Origin: Octopus bimaculoides
Taxonomy: Eukaryota
Length of the DNA stretch: 64,000 nt
Assembly (NCBI RefSeq): GCF_001194135.2
Contig: NC_068999.1
Span: 45,975,811 to 46,039,810, forward strand
Direction: 5' to 3'
Positions 47,356 through 61,505 of this stretch are shown in pieces. How positions within the stretch are numbered: position 1 is the first letter of the stretch; the number at the start of each line of letters is the position of its first letter. Below the pieces are notes generated by a model that did not search any database, was not told where the DNA came from, and saw nothing but the letters and a program-made list of their open reading frames with translations. A program made the translations under genes and the position numbers.

Positions 47356-47930
47356 CAGATGTGTGTATGCTCTTTTACTCTTTTACTTGTTTCAGTCTTT
47401 CGACTGTGGCCATGCTGGAGCACCGCCTTTTAGTCGAGCAAATCGACCCCAGGACTTATTCTTTAGAAGCTTAGTACTTATTCTATCGATCTCTTTTGCC
47501 GAACCGCTAAGTTACGGGGACATAAACACACCAGCATCGGTTGTCAAGCGATGTTGGGGGGACAAACACAGACATACAAACATACACACACACATACATA
47601 TATATATACATATATACGACGGGCTTCTTTCAGTTTCCGTCTACCAAATCCACTCACAAGGTTTGGTCGGCCCGAGGCTATAGTAGAAGACACTTGCCCA
47701 AGATGCCGCGCAGTGNNNNNNNNNNNNNNNNNNNNNNNNNNNNNNNNNNNNNNNNNNNNNNNNNNNNNNNNNNNNNNNNNNNNNNNNNNNNNNNNNNNNN
47801 NNNNNNNNNNNNNNNNNNNNNNNNNNNNNNNNNNNNNNNNNNNNNNNNNNNNNNNNNNNNNNNNNNNNNNNNNNNNNNNNNNNNNNNNNNNNNNNNNNNN
47901 NNNNNNNNNNNNNNNNNNNNNNNNNNNNNN

Positions 47931-47962
<32 letters not shown>

Positions 47963-48008
47963 TCATCATCATCATCATCATTTAACGTCCGCTTTCCATG
48001 CTAGCATG

Positions 48009-48068
<60 letters not shown>

Positions 48069-50289
48069 TGGAGAAGGCTGGAAAATTAGAAAATACAAAA
48101 GAAAAAAAGTATAGAAAAATGAAATTGAAAGAAAATAATAAAGAAAAAAAGATGAGAGTAAGGCAAAAAAAATGAAAGTAGAAAGGGAAAACAAAAGCTT
48201 GCAATAATGGTTTAAAGCCAAAAGAGATTTAAGAATCACTAGAATTGCTGAAAATTATCCAGAATTACAAAATATGGTTTGGTAATTCTGGGTTGAAGGT
48301 ATCTCAAAAGGAAAAGAATAAAAAGTTTTATGTTCATATTGCCATGTTAGCATAAGTTAGGTGAGTTACTTGTTGGAGCAAATGTTTTTATCGTTAAATA
48401 CCTTTCTTACTGTTCTCTGTGAATTTCCTTTTGTCAGTCAGTCAGGTTAACTAGAGTTGTATACCTTGCTCAAGGATTCAACTCCACCACCACCACCACC
48501 ACCACCACCACCACCTCCTCATCAATGTTGCCATGAATCGGATAGTTTGACAGAATCTGGTGAGTCACAGGGCTGCATGGAACTCCAGTGTCAACTTTGC
48601 TATGGCTTCTATGGTCGGATCCCCTTCCTAATGCCAACCACTTTACAGTGCTTACTGGGTATCTTTGTCATGCCACCAGCACCAGTGAAGCTGGAGAAAT
48701 ACAAACATGTCCTTTGGGACCCAGCATAAATGGTGATAAGCTTGGGAAGTCCTAACACCCATGGCCCAAGAATTTCACATGATCACAGTCTATGGTAAGC
48801 AGCCCCACATCCAAGCAGAAAGAAATGCAACAGAATTCCAAGACTTTGGCAAACTTCTCCTCTACCCGCCATCTCTTTTCTCTCAATGGATTGAACTGAT
48901 TCCAGTGTACAACCCTGGTATTTACTTCATCCATCTTGGAGGGATGTAAACTTCAAATATAAAGAGGATAAAATGGTGTCTGTCTGTCTGTCTGTTTGTC
49001 TGTCTATCTTCCACAATAGAGATATATTATCAATCCAGCTTTATTTCTTTATCTTTTTCTTTCCCAAACTTGTAATACTCTACCTATCTACCTGTTTATC
49101 TGTCTGTCTGACTGTTTGTCTGTATCTGTCTGTCTGTGTGTCTCTCTGGTCTATCTATCTATCTGTCTATCTATCTATCTATCTATCTACCTATCTATTT
49201 GTCTGTATGTCTCTCTGTCTGTCTGTGTGTCACTGTCTCTGTCTCCCCCCCACTCTCTCTTCCTCTCTCTCTCTCTCTACCTATTTGTACTCCTGCCTAC
49301 CCATGTGTCTGTCTGTGTGTCACTGTCTCTGTCTCCCCCCTCTCTCTCTCTCTCTACCTATTTGCACTCCTACCTACCCATGTCTGTCGGTCTGTCTGTC
49401 TGTCTGTCTATCCACCCACCCCCCTACTGCACACAATCCTTCCTCCACTCCTTTTTTCTCTTACCTTCAATGCCTTCCCCTTCCTTCTCCNNNNNNNNNN
49501 NNNNNNNNNNNNNNNNNNNNNNNNNNNNNNNNNNNNNNNNNNNNNNNNNNNNNNNNNNNNNNNNNNNNNNNNNNNNNNNNNNNNNNNNNNNNNNNNNNNN
49601 NNNNNNNNNNNNNNNACACATACTACACTGTCAGCTTCAACCTAAATATCAGGTTTCCTCGTTCACAGTAGGCTCCCCCCCCCCTTAGCTACCTGAATAA
49701 CTCAGTCCGAATAACTCTTGTCCCTTCACTCACAACTTGAAGAATAAATAAAATGCACAGAGCCATGCAGGTTTCATACTCTAATTAAGTGCCCCTCCCC
49801 TCGCTTTCAAACTTTGACCTTGCTTCTAGGTGAAAAAAAAAAAAAAAGAAAGAAAAATCTATCCGTGTAATAATGGTTCTGGAGAGGGAGAATTTATGCG
49901 GGTCGCTCGATATGCTAGAAATGGCAGTCGAATCTCTAGGAAAAGGATGTGCACATTGGATAATGTAGTCTTAAAGGATAAGCTAATGCCCGAACAGATG
50001 GGATGGTCGTGGCTAGACTGTCTTTCTTTGAGCACAAGTCTACTTGAAGCTAAACAACTGCACAACAACTGAAAAATGATATATTCTAACAATTTCGATG
50101 CACTTTATCATCATCATTAAGATTGCTGCTGCTGCTGCTACTACTACTACTACTACTATTATTATTATTATTATTATTATTATTGTTATTATCTGGGGTC
50201 AATAGAATAAGAACCAGTCAAGTATTGGATCGATGTAATCGACTTATCCCCTCCTTTGAACTTGCTGGCTTTGTGCCAACATTTGAAAC

Positions 50290-50349
<60 letters not shown>

Positions 50350-52022
50350 TAATAATAATAATAATAATAATAATTTAGGTACGGATAACAATATGTATAT
50401 ATAGATATAGTATGTATGTTTTGTGTGTGTGTGTACTTTGTATGCATTTTATATATGTGTGTGTGTCTATATATGTTTGCATATAATGTATGTATATTCT
50501 ATATTTATATCTAGCAATATTATATCTATATATATACACACATATATATATGCAGATAATTTTGGTGCTCCAAAACTTTTGTTTGCATTCTGATTATGTA
50601 ACTAATGCCCTTGACACAAATATGAATGACATATATTCTCCTCAAACAAGAAACAGAGAGAGAGAGAGAGAGAGAAAGACAGTAACTATATGTGGTCGTG
50701 TGGCTTGCTAGACATAGCAGCTAAACTTTAAACTTATAACCTACCATCTTACAAAAAAAAAAAGAATAGAAAATGACATTGAGAAATATAATCCCAGATG
50801 CACCGCCAGAACTAAAGAAGAGGTGGGCATGGCTGAAAGGCTTTTACCCATAGGTCTGTTGGATCAGGTTAACCTTGGGTTAAACATCAACAACAACACA
50901 GAATTTTTAATCTTCCTTTTCTACCTTGATAAAGAGAAGTCTTGGATTTTTGGAAAATATCATTATTGATATTTTGCTGGTTTAAGATGGTCAGCTGGCA
51001 AAATTGTTAGCATGCAGGGCGAAATGCTCAGAGGTATTTCGTTCATCTTTAAGTTCTGAGTTGAAAATCTGCCGAGGTTGGCTTTGCCTTTCATCTGTTC
51101 GGGGTCAATAAAATAAGTACCAATTGGACACTGGGGGTCAATGAAAACTTAATCTGCTCCCTCCTAAACTTTCTGGCCTTGTGCGAAAATTTGAGGTCAA
51201 TGTTTTGTTGGTTTTAGTCCTTTGAGGTCCTGGAATATTTCTCTATACAACATAGGTGCGGGAGTGCTCCTAATTTTGACTAAAAAATTGTGAAGGCAGT
51301 GCCCCAGCATGGGCACATTCTAATGACTAAAGCAAATAAAAAATCAAAGATAAAAGATAGGAAGGTAGATGATGAATGATGATGATGATAGGGATGAAGA
51401 ACACATGGAGGAGACTCATGAGGTGAAGCATATCAGATACCCGATGCCAGGGTCTGGTAAAACAGTACAGAAACCAGGGTGGGCATGTATGTTGCAAGGC
51501 AGCTGAAGCAGGGCAGCTGAAGCTGCAGAGAACATGACTGGTTGGCCTTAGATTCAGAGGAAAGACTGATGGTTTGCTGCCACTGGGACTTGATCCCGCC
51601 CCATTACACTTCTAATCTGGATCAGCTGAGTGAAGGGATTTCATCTATCACTGTCGATGCATTCCAGAGCATCTTTGAGATGTGTCTTTTTCGTTTTCCG
51701 GTTTTAACCTTCCACCTTTTATATCTACTTCTTTCTCACCTTTCCTCGCTTTATCTCTCATCCTGTTGTCCCATTTTTAGTTCGTTATGCCATGTGGGCA
51801 GCGCCTGATGATTGTGCTAGGAAACCAGACATGTTAAAAGATACTGTCTAGCATGCTCTCAACACATGAAACTAATAGTAACACATAAAAAACACATATA
51901 TGTGTGTGTGTGTGTGTCATCATAATCATCATCATCATCATCATCATTTAACATCCACTTTTCATGCTGGCATGGGTTGGACGGTTTTGCTGAGGTCTGG
52001 CAAGCCAATGGGCTGCACCAGG

Positions 52023-52074
<52 letters not shown>

Positions 52075-52076
52075 CA

Positions 52077-52109
<33 letters not shown>

Positions 52110-53356
52110 GTATATATGCATGTATATGACCCTAGGCAGTTCAGATTTTGTATTCATCTAATTAAGATCTATAATTATGGAAGAGTGCACAACAATTCAA
52201 CAGGCAGTAGGTGCTATGACTCTATGTGAATTAAACAGACAAGAAGAAAGCACCGCAACTATATCACATAAAAAAAGCTTTTGGAATCTTTACCACGAGT
52301 TACCACTACCTCCCTCTCTCTCTCTCTCTCTCTTACTGTCTCTCTCCCTTTCTCATTGTTTATACTTTTTCCTTTCTCTCTATTTAGACCTTAACTCTTT
52401 CTGTCTTTCTCTTATTTCTTCCTTTTTTTCTTCTTATCTTTCTGTATGTAACAACTGAAGACAATAAAAAAAAAAAGGAGTAAAGTAAAAAAGCAAAAAC
52501 AAAGAAAAAAAATTCAGATAATGAAAATGATTTTCTAATGAATTGCTTCGATAAACACCCACCATGATGACGATGACGACGATGATGATGATGCTGATGA
52601 TGATGATGACGACAATGATGATGATGATAATGATGATGATGGTGGTGGTGGTGGTGGTGATGGTGGTGGTGATGATGATGATGATGATGGTGTTGATGAT
52701 GATCTTCATCTTCCATATCACCACTGATGCCACTACCTTGATCGCCACACTATTACCATCCCCACCATCACTGTCACCACCACCACCACCACCACAACCT
52801 CTTTCTCTGTTTCTCTCTTTCTACCTCTTTTCCAATCCTTCCACCTTTCTGCTTCTCTCTCTCTCTCTTTTGCTTTCCCCTTCACACACACACACACACA
52901 CAACTTCTCTTTCACTATTCCACCCCCACCTCTCTCTCTCTCTCTCTCTTTCTCTCCCTCGTTCATCACCATTCTTTCTGACACCCCTCTGCTGTAACCA
53001 ATTCCTCCATTAGCTCCTAATTCAATAATCTAACCTCAACAATATTGGAAAACATTTTTACCGATTTCTCAACACCTGCTATGCTTTTGATTGGCAATAA
53101 TTTGCAGCCTGTTTTCTTATATCAATAAGTTAAAGAATTAAGAATCGGTAAGGCAGTCCATAGAAAATTACACTAGAAATAGACAAATGGAGATGGAAGA
53201 CCAAAGTAAGACAATAAAGGCAAAGAATGAAGAGATATTAGTGAAAGAAAGCAGACCGGTGCAGCTGGTTAGGTCAATAATAACCGTTTGTCTTTAGGTC
53301 TAAAGGTTTGATGTTGGTTTCCTCTCACTTAGGCGTATGTAAGGTAAATATTTTTA

Positions 53357-53387
<31 letters not shown>

Positions 53388-53619
53388 CAATGATGATGAT
53401 GGTGGTGGTTTCAGGTTTTGGCCCAAGGCCAGAAATGTTTGGGATGGGTGAGTCGATTACATTGGAATTTGAACTCAGAACATAAAGATGGACAAAATAC
53501 CGCTAAGCATTTCATTCAGTGTGCTAATGTTTCTGCCAGTTTGTCGCCTTAGTAGTAGTAGTTGTAGTAGTAGTAGTAGTTGTAGTAGTAGTAGTAGTGG
53601 TAGTCATGAAGAAGAAGAA

Positions 53620-54245
53620 GAAGATTGTAGCCAAACCTCATAGCATAACAAACTGATGCACCCAACATCAGAAAAGAACTCACAATGCTGCACACACCTC
53701 AGGAAGACGTGTAGCAGGTGACACAGTAGAAATTTGCATGAAGCTATCAAATGATGAATAATAATAATAATAATGATATGTATGAATGTTCCAAAAAGCC
53801 TGTACAAGAACCGGGGATCAACAAAACCGAGGCAAAACAAATAAAAACAGATGAAATCAAATGCATTTTCAGGTCTGCAAAGTCCATGGGAAAATGCGGT
53901 ATTACATGGTGAATACCTAACAAGGGCCAATCATCTGGATGTAGATACAAATATGACCCCTCAACTTGTTGGCTGCATCTGGACCCTGAATCCGAAGCAC
54001 GGGGCTTCATTGTGGGGGCTCAGGATCAATGTCTGCTTGCCAGAAACTACACATCAAGCACCCTTTAAGAATGGTGCAGGGCCTATCTGACTGCCCACTG
54101 ACCACTGGCTACTTTTGTTGTGTGGTCAAGGAAACAATTGACCACCTCGTTTCTTGGCCGCTCTATGCGCGCCTCCAATGAATCCATTATTCGCCAAGAT
54201 GGACTTGGTCGATATATGCACCGGCTCATGTGTGGTAAATCTGGA
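53620..54245 (+). mobile_element. R4/Dong-type non-LTR retrotransposon ORF fragment
   Basis: Frameshifted motifs PWENAVLHGEY, GFIVGAQDQCLLARNY and ETIDHLVS match W..K.LHGQY, EG.I.AAQDQ.L.TRNY and ET.DH..SGC. Confidence 0.75.
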
Positions 54246-54293
54246 CTCTCAAACGAAAGAAAATGTTAATTATTATCACCACCACCACATAGT

Positions 54294-54324
<31 letters not shown>

Positions 54325-54897
54325 ATAGTACAAATACTACCACTGCCACTCTTATTGTTACTATCATCATCATCATCACCACCACAGCCAAGACTACAAC
54401 TACTACCACCACCACCACCACCTTGTGCAAACAGAAATGTTAATAATACCTACTTGTGAACTATGATGGCCATTGTATGTTAAATCTCTAATATTAACAG
54501 TGAAAACTGAGCATGTCTGGGTGGTGGGGGGGAGGACCTAACTGACAATAGACACACACATGCACACACAAACGCACACAGACAAACATAGACACAAACA
54601 CAGACATAGGCACACATACACATACACATTTAAATCCAGCAGCACCCCTACCACCACCACCTCCACACGTGTATGCCCATGAATCCACATGTCTGAAATA
54701 GCTTAACTGACAATAGATAACACATACACACATATACCCACACATGCATATTCAGATACACATGTGCACATGCACACACACCATAAAACATATATACAAA
54801 TATATATAAATATGTGTATATTCAGATGTCCCCCACACACACTTAGATACAGGCATACATGCACAGACACAGACACACACACAAACACGTTTAACAA

Positions 54898-54940
<43 letters not shown>

Positions 54941-55464
54941 NNNNNNNNNNNNNNNNNNNNNNNNNNNNNNNNNNNNNNNNNNNNNNNNNNNNNNNNNNNN
55001 NNNNNNNNNNNNNNNNNNNNNNNNNNNNNNNNNNNNNNNNNNNNNNNNNNNNNNNNNNNNNNNNNNNNNNNNNNNNNNNNNNNNNNNNNNNNNNNNNNNN
55101 NNNNNNNNNNNNNNNNNNNNNNNNNNNNNNNNNNNNNNNNNNNNNNNNNNNNNNNNNNNNNNNNNNNNNNNNNNNNNNNNNNNNNNNNNNNNNNNNNNNN
55201 NNNNNNNNNNNNNNNNNNNNNNNNNNNNNNNNNNNNNNNNNNNNNNNNNNNNNNNNNNNNNNNNNNNNNNNNNNNNNNNNNNNNNNNNNNNNNNNNNNNN
55301 NNNNNNNNNNNNNNNNNNNNNNNNNNNNNNNNNNNNNNNNNNNNNNNNNNNNNNNNNNNNNNNNNNNNNNNNNNNNNNNNNNNNNNNNNNNNNNNNNNNN
55401 NNNNNNNNNNNNNNNNNNNNNNNTTTCCTTTTTTGAACTTATATATATATATATATATATATAT

Positions 55465-55503
<39 letters not shown>

Positions 55504-55944
55504 TGTATGTATACCTACATGCATATATACGTAAACACACGTGCACATTTATGATGGGCTGCTGCACCATTCCTGTTTACCAAAGTCATACACAAAGCAT
55601 TGATCAGCCCAAGGTTGCAGTAGAAGGTGTTTAGTCAATGTGCCACCAGTTGGGACTGAACCCAGGACCATTTAGATGGGAAGCAGACTTGCAGTGTGTT
55701 AGAAGGTGAGACCTTTGAATTAAAAGCACAATGGTTCAAGCAAAGTCTCTCTTTACTGTTTTTGCTGACCCAAATTCTTTGACATGGCTTCAGGCAACCC
55801 AAGTTGTGTACATGAATATTCTACGTGCACACCCGCGCACACACACACACATACATACATACATGTATATATATGCATATAATTATATACATATATACAT
55901 ACACACACATACGTATATACATATACACACATATACATACATAC

Positions 55945-56012
<68 letters not shown>

Positions 56013-56561
56013 GTACATATACATGTATACACATGCACATATAGATAGATAAATAGATATACATATAGATAGATATATATACATATACATACACACAAAC
56101 ACAGTCACAGTCAAACATATATCCCAGAAGTACATGTACACACTTACGCATACACACACACATACCTGTGTACAGCCGGTCACATTCATAGCCACACACA
56201 CACACACACACACTCCCACAAACACCTACACACCCATCCAAACAAACAGTTACAGAAACACCACTAAACTTGATATCAGTAAAAGGTCATTGTGTCTTTT
56301 GTTTAACGTGTGTTCTCCAGTTTCGAGTTGGAACTAATGTCAAAGAAAAGTTATAATGGTGGAAAATTAGTCAGTGATATTTTCCTACCTTATTTTCTCC
56401 ACTCTGAATTTGACTATTATTGAATCCGTTTGCCGACCCCCATACTACCAGGCTATTACTACTACTACTACTACTACTACTGCCCTCTGTCTCTCTCTGT
56501 GTGCATATATATATATATATGTATACATATGTGTATATATAGGTTTATATATGCATATATA

Positions 56562-56600
<39 letters not shown>

Positions 56601-56725
56601 GTGTGTATATGATATATATATATATATGCATGTTTGCCTGCCTGTCTCTATGTATATGTATGTATATGTGCATGTATGTAAATATGTATGTATGTATGTA
56701 TGTATCTATCTATCTATCTATCTAT

Positions 56726-56788
<63 letters not shown>

Positions 56789-57071
56789 TCATCATCATCA
56801 TTTAACGTCTGTTGTCCATGCTGGCATGGGTTAGATGGTTTGACCAGGGTTGATAAGCTGAAGGGCTGCATCAGACTCCAGTCTGATTAGGTATCTTTCT
56901 ACGGCTGGATGCCCTTCCTAACATCAGCCACTCTGAGAGTCTGATGGGTGCATTTATGTGCCACCAGCACGAGTGCCAGATCTATCACAGTAAGCCCGGT
57001 ATCAGTCCACAGAGAAATAAATTACAAAATAGTACAATGTAAAGGGTCTGTGTAAATGAAAATGCAGTTGT

Positions 57072-57600
57072 TCATGTTGTGGTTGTGCTGTTGCTTGTAC
57101 AAAATGCCCTTAGATGGCTGATGCTGCAACATTTATAACACCTAGCTCTCTGGCTCTCTACCAAACAACTTTTATCAGATTCACATACTGCAAGCTGGAG
57201 TTCAGACCAGTTCTTGTAGTGAGGTGGTGTGGAATGAATTACTTCTCCATGTCCCTCCAACATCATGATGCAGTACTTCATTTGTGAGATATCATTGGAT
57301 GTCACATTGGTTAACTGTTGGTCCCTATTAGACAGCAGTAATAAATACTCCTCAGAGGACATTGTATGTGTGGTTATTTTTCTTGTCTTCCCTTCATTGA
57401 AGAATTGGGTCACTATTGTTTCGTATTCTCTTCTTTTCCTCAAATGCCATATGGAACTCGTAAAACATAAAAAGCATATTTTATACATTTCTTGGCTTGT
57501 TCTGCGGGATACAGACAGAAAGATTATCAACTCTTCCACTTTTTCTGCAGTTCAGGGTCTTTCTTTGAATGGCTCCTTTTTCTGTTTCTGGTAGCAGAAG
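57072..57600 (-). mobile_element. LINE ORF1-like relic with CCHC zinc knuckle (L1/Tx1-like)
   Basis: The 155-codon frame ends in RARCYKCCSISHLRAFC, i.e. CX2CX4HX4C at 57099-57140. No ORF2 follows. Confidence 0.55.
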
Positions 57601-58994
57601 CAAGTCAGGTCTCACTAGCACTTGCTTGAACCCTGCTTGGTGGACAAGACAGAGCGCTCTATCTACGTTTCTGTGGCACTTGCAAACGATGTTGTCTCGT
57701 TTATGTTGCTGGTGATGATGATAAAGGTAGAGATGACATTGCTTGTCGGTACTAGATGCTTTAATGTTTTTCTCCATCATGATGTTGGTAGCAGTGGAGA
57801 TGTTGTTACAGCTGTTGTGAATCACATTGATATTATTTTGTTACTGCTGTCATCAGTTACAACAGGGGAGAATAGTGACGAAGATGAGGTTCTGCTTGTG
57901 GTGGTTGCATTCTTATTTTTGTTATGCAGTATTCAAACGACTTGGTGGTGGTGTTGCCATTGGCGTGCCATTAAGAAAGTTGTCATTGTCGTCGTCATCA
58001 TTGTTGTTTTTGTCGTCATGTTGTTGTTGTTGTTAGCGGTTATGCTTTTACAAAATATTTTTGAAAATTGTCACATTTTTGCCCTCGTAAAGTGACAGCC
58101 TCTGAGAGATTGCAAACATTTTAATGGGGGAGGGGTTGCCCCTTAATGCTCTTCTCTTTAATGTCAATACTGTCAACATTTTTTTTTTATATAAGATGAT
58201 TGTGAACAGCAGAGGTTGGAGAAAAACGGATGTGTTCCCTCTAATTAGGAAAGACACCAAAGAATTTCTAATTCCTCTTTCTTCTTCTTCTTTCTCCTCC
58301 TCCTGCTTCTTCTTCCTCTTCTTCTCCTCCTCCTCCTGCTTCTTCTTCTTCTTCTTCTTCTTCTTCTTCTTCTTCTTCTTCTTCTTCTTCCTGAGCATGC
58401 TACGAACAAATTTAACAAATAAAAGATTTCAGACTTTCGTCGGAAAAATTTCAACCCCCACCAAAATAAATCAACAACAACAACAGCCAAAAACATAGAA
58501 AAACTTGTGGAGCAACGATGTGTATGGTCTGTGCAACTCGTGTATGATGATAATGATGATGACGATGGTGGTGGTGGTGGCGGCGGCGACGATGACGGTG
58601 GTGGTGGTGATGATGATGATGATAATGATGATAATTTCTAATTTCGGTACAAGACTGGTGTTTTGTTTGATCTAAACCCCACCACCACCACCACCACCAC
58701 CTGAAAAGATGAAAGGCACAGCCGTCTTCTGCAGCATTTGAACTTAGATAGATGCAAACTTTGAAACTATCATAGTTACTACAAAAAAACTGCTATTTTA
58801 TCGTATGTCAATACTGAATATTTTGTTTTTCATTTACTTCGTTATCTGAAAAACACAGAAAATAAATAAATAAATAAATAAATGTGTGAATAAATGAAGA
58901 AAAGAAGGGATGAAGGAAAGAAGGAAGGACGAGTGAATATTCCACCGTTTCCGCAAATTACTTCTGGAAACAACCCCAAAACTATGAGGTAGAG

Positions 58995-59131
58995 AGTCAC
59001 GTGACTGATGACGACAGAACTGCAGCAATGACGTCATGTCGTTGACTGCCCTATTAATTAACGTGCCGTCAGGTGAAAAAAGAAGCTTGGTTCGGCTTCG
59101 TATTTGAGGTCTTCTTGCTTATGTTACGTAA
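58995..59131. promoter_or_regulatory. Cluster of palindromic bHLH/bZIP-type sites (candidate promoter or enhancer)
   Basis: AGTCACGTGACT (58995-59006), ATGACGTCAT (59028-59037) and TTACGTAA (59124-59131) in non-repetitive, CpG-retaining sequence. Confidence 0.4.
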
Positions 59132-59410
59132 GCACTCTTATTTGAGGGTGCGTATATAACATGCACAACACACACACGCACACACACTCGCACGCACACA
59201 CACGCACTCACACACGTACGTACATACATGCATACACACACACATTTCATACATACACGCATACATTCTTATGTATGTTATGATATATATATATGTGTGT
59301 GTGTATATATATATATATGCATATATATATATATATATATAAAAACAAATAGTAAATGAGTATATGCATATATACGTACAGGTATGTGCGTACCGACATC
59401 CACCTGTATG

Positions 59411-59532
59411 TATAGGTGCATATCTGGGTACAGGACATTGCAAACAAAACGTAGACGAGAAAACACACAAGCCACATAGAGAACATTCTACTTCATCAGC
59501 TACCCCCGTTTTAACACCGGGGTTTCGAAGAG
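59411..59532 (-). mobile_element. Unclassified short repeat with GAAAC-hairpin-CTGATGAAG motif, copy 2
   Basis: The minus strand reads cttcGAAACcccggtgttaaaacgggggtagCTGATGAagtagaatgttctctatgtggc; homologous to 4965-5120. Confidence 0.7.
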
Positions 59533-59533
59533 C

Positions 59534-59564
<31 letters not shown>

Positions 59565-59855
59565 CAGTTGTATATTGTCAACTTAATGTGACAGTTCCAA
59601 TAAGGGAATCATACTGCTGCTATTTAGCCCTAGGAAGCTGGACCGCTTCCTGTCGGCCTTGACACATTTCCTGTGTCCTTATATTTGCGATGGGGAGACA
59701 AGCACCGCCACCCAGCNNNNNNNNNNNNNNNNNNNNNNNNNNNNNNNNNNNNNNNNNNNNNNNNNNNNNNNNNNNNNNNNNNNNNNNNNNNNNNNNNNNN
59801 NNNNNNNNNNNNNNNNAGTCTGCATTCAGGGACATATATATATATATATATATAT

Positions 59856-60030
59856 GAACTGTTACTCAGAGTTTCACGTTCCCGTCCGACGAACGGGAAC
59901 GTGAAACTCTGAGTAACAGTCTTTTGTTATATTTCTGCTGCTTTTAAATAAAGCATATTACTCTACCTCTGGTATTTGACTACTCCTTTTTTTTTCTACC
60001 TCGTCTCACATTTATGTGCTTACTCCGGTA
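59856..60030 (-). mobile_element. Palindromic foldback element, copy 2
   Basis: Perfect 28-bp arms 59858-59885 / 59893-59920 with a 7-nt loop; terminus tactccggta next to (TA)n. Confidence 0.85.
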
Positions 60031-60711
60031 TATATGTGAGTGTGTGTGTAAAATAATCTCAATTTGACAGCCACAAAGTAGCTTTTTTGTAAGTTGTGTT
60101 CTCGTAGGCTGGGGATTATCTCTGGCCAGAGATAATCAGAGAAATTTGAACACAGAATGTCAAGAACCGGAAGAGATAACGTAAAATATCTCGTCCGCCA
60201 ATTTCCTGCCCTGGGCCGGTAAGTTGACCTCGGTAGGATTTCAACTTTCAGTGGAGAGAGCAGGAATATCGCGATGTATTCCCCTATCCTGCCAATTTTA
60301 CTGGCATCTGTAGGTCTGTGACAGATTTCAGATGTGTACACACACATACACACACACGCATGCACTTTTACGACAGAGCTCTGAAAGCAAGTGGTTTCAA
60401 AGAAATTCCATACATATACATACATACCCTAATACACATATACATACATATACACATAAATACGCATATATTATCATCATCATCATCATCATCGTTGTCG
60501 TTACCAGCCAGGTGCCCTCCCTATGTTCACGGGACGGTTCGCCAAGACTCCAGTTCCATCTGAATTGTAATGCATGCATACAACCACCCAGGCTCGTTTC
60601 CATTCGATTCTTTGTTCTTCTCTTTCTTTTTTTAATTCAGAATAAATTTCGACGGGCCACCTACTTGGTAGCAAGGTTGTAAAGGAAAACATCTCGTTTT
60701 AACCACCATGC

Positions 60712-61242
60712 TTTAAATCTTCACACGGTCTTGCAAACTTTTTATAGTCCCAGGTATCGCGATCATTTGTCCCGTACGAATTAAGTATTTATGTCCTCTC
60801 CTCAAGATCCCAAATTCAACCATACTTTGCTCCAGACGGGTTGATATGTACCCTGTTCTTCCAATAACGATAGTACGAAGCTGAAAGTGTATCTTGGGTC
60901 CTGGGTTTTCAAATTCCTTATCAATGCTCCATAGATGTCCTCTTTCTCTTGTCTTTTTCTAACCATATTGGTATCCAGAGGGCAGCTGGTTCCCACGACA
61001 GAACATATCTCTTCCTTGTGGTCCAACACAACAATATCTGGGTGGTTGTGTTTAAACTTGGTGGCTGTTTTAATCTTTTAAGTTCCATCTATATTCTTTC
61101 GGTCAACTCCACCTGTAGGTATATTTTCTTTTTTTTTTTGTTATCCTGTTCCTAACTTCTGAGATCAATAACCCCCTGTTCTGGCCACAGCATCATGTCT
61201 CATGGGAAGACGATATCTGGAAGACATTCTCTCGCAGTTGTA
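60712..61242 (-). mobile_element. R4/Dong- or NeSL-type LINE 3' end with restriction-like endonuclease domain
   Basis: RMSSRYRLPMRHDAVART, KTATKFKHNHPDIVVLDHKEEICSVVGTSCPLDTN and EKEDIYGALIRNL match the zinc-knuckle tail and the RPD...SCP.D.N...EK..Y endonuclease motifs; frameshifted. Confidence 0.8.
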
Positions 61243-61452
61243 CGTACATATGTATGTATATATATATGTGTGTGTGTGTGTGTGAGTATATATGCGTGTG
61301 TGTGTGTATGTATAGATATATATTCATATAATGATATATTATTTTGTTATTATATATATGTATGTGTGTGAGTATATATATGTGTGTGTGTGGATACATA
61401 CACGTACGTATATATATATTCACGAGTTTGTGTATGCATTTGTATCGCTATT

Positions 61453-61505
<53 letters not shown>

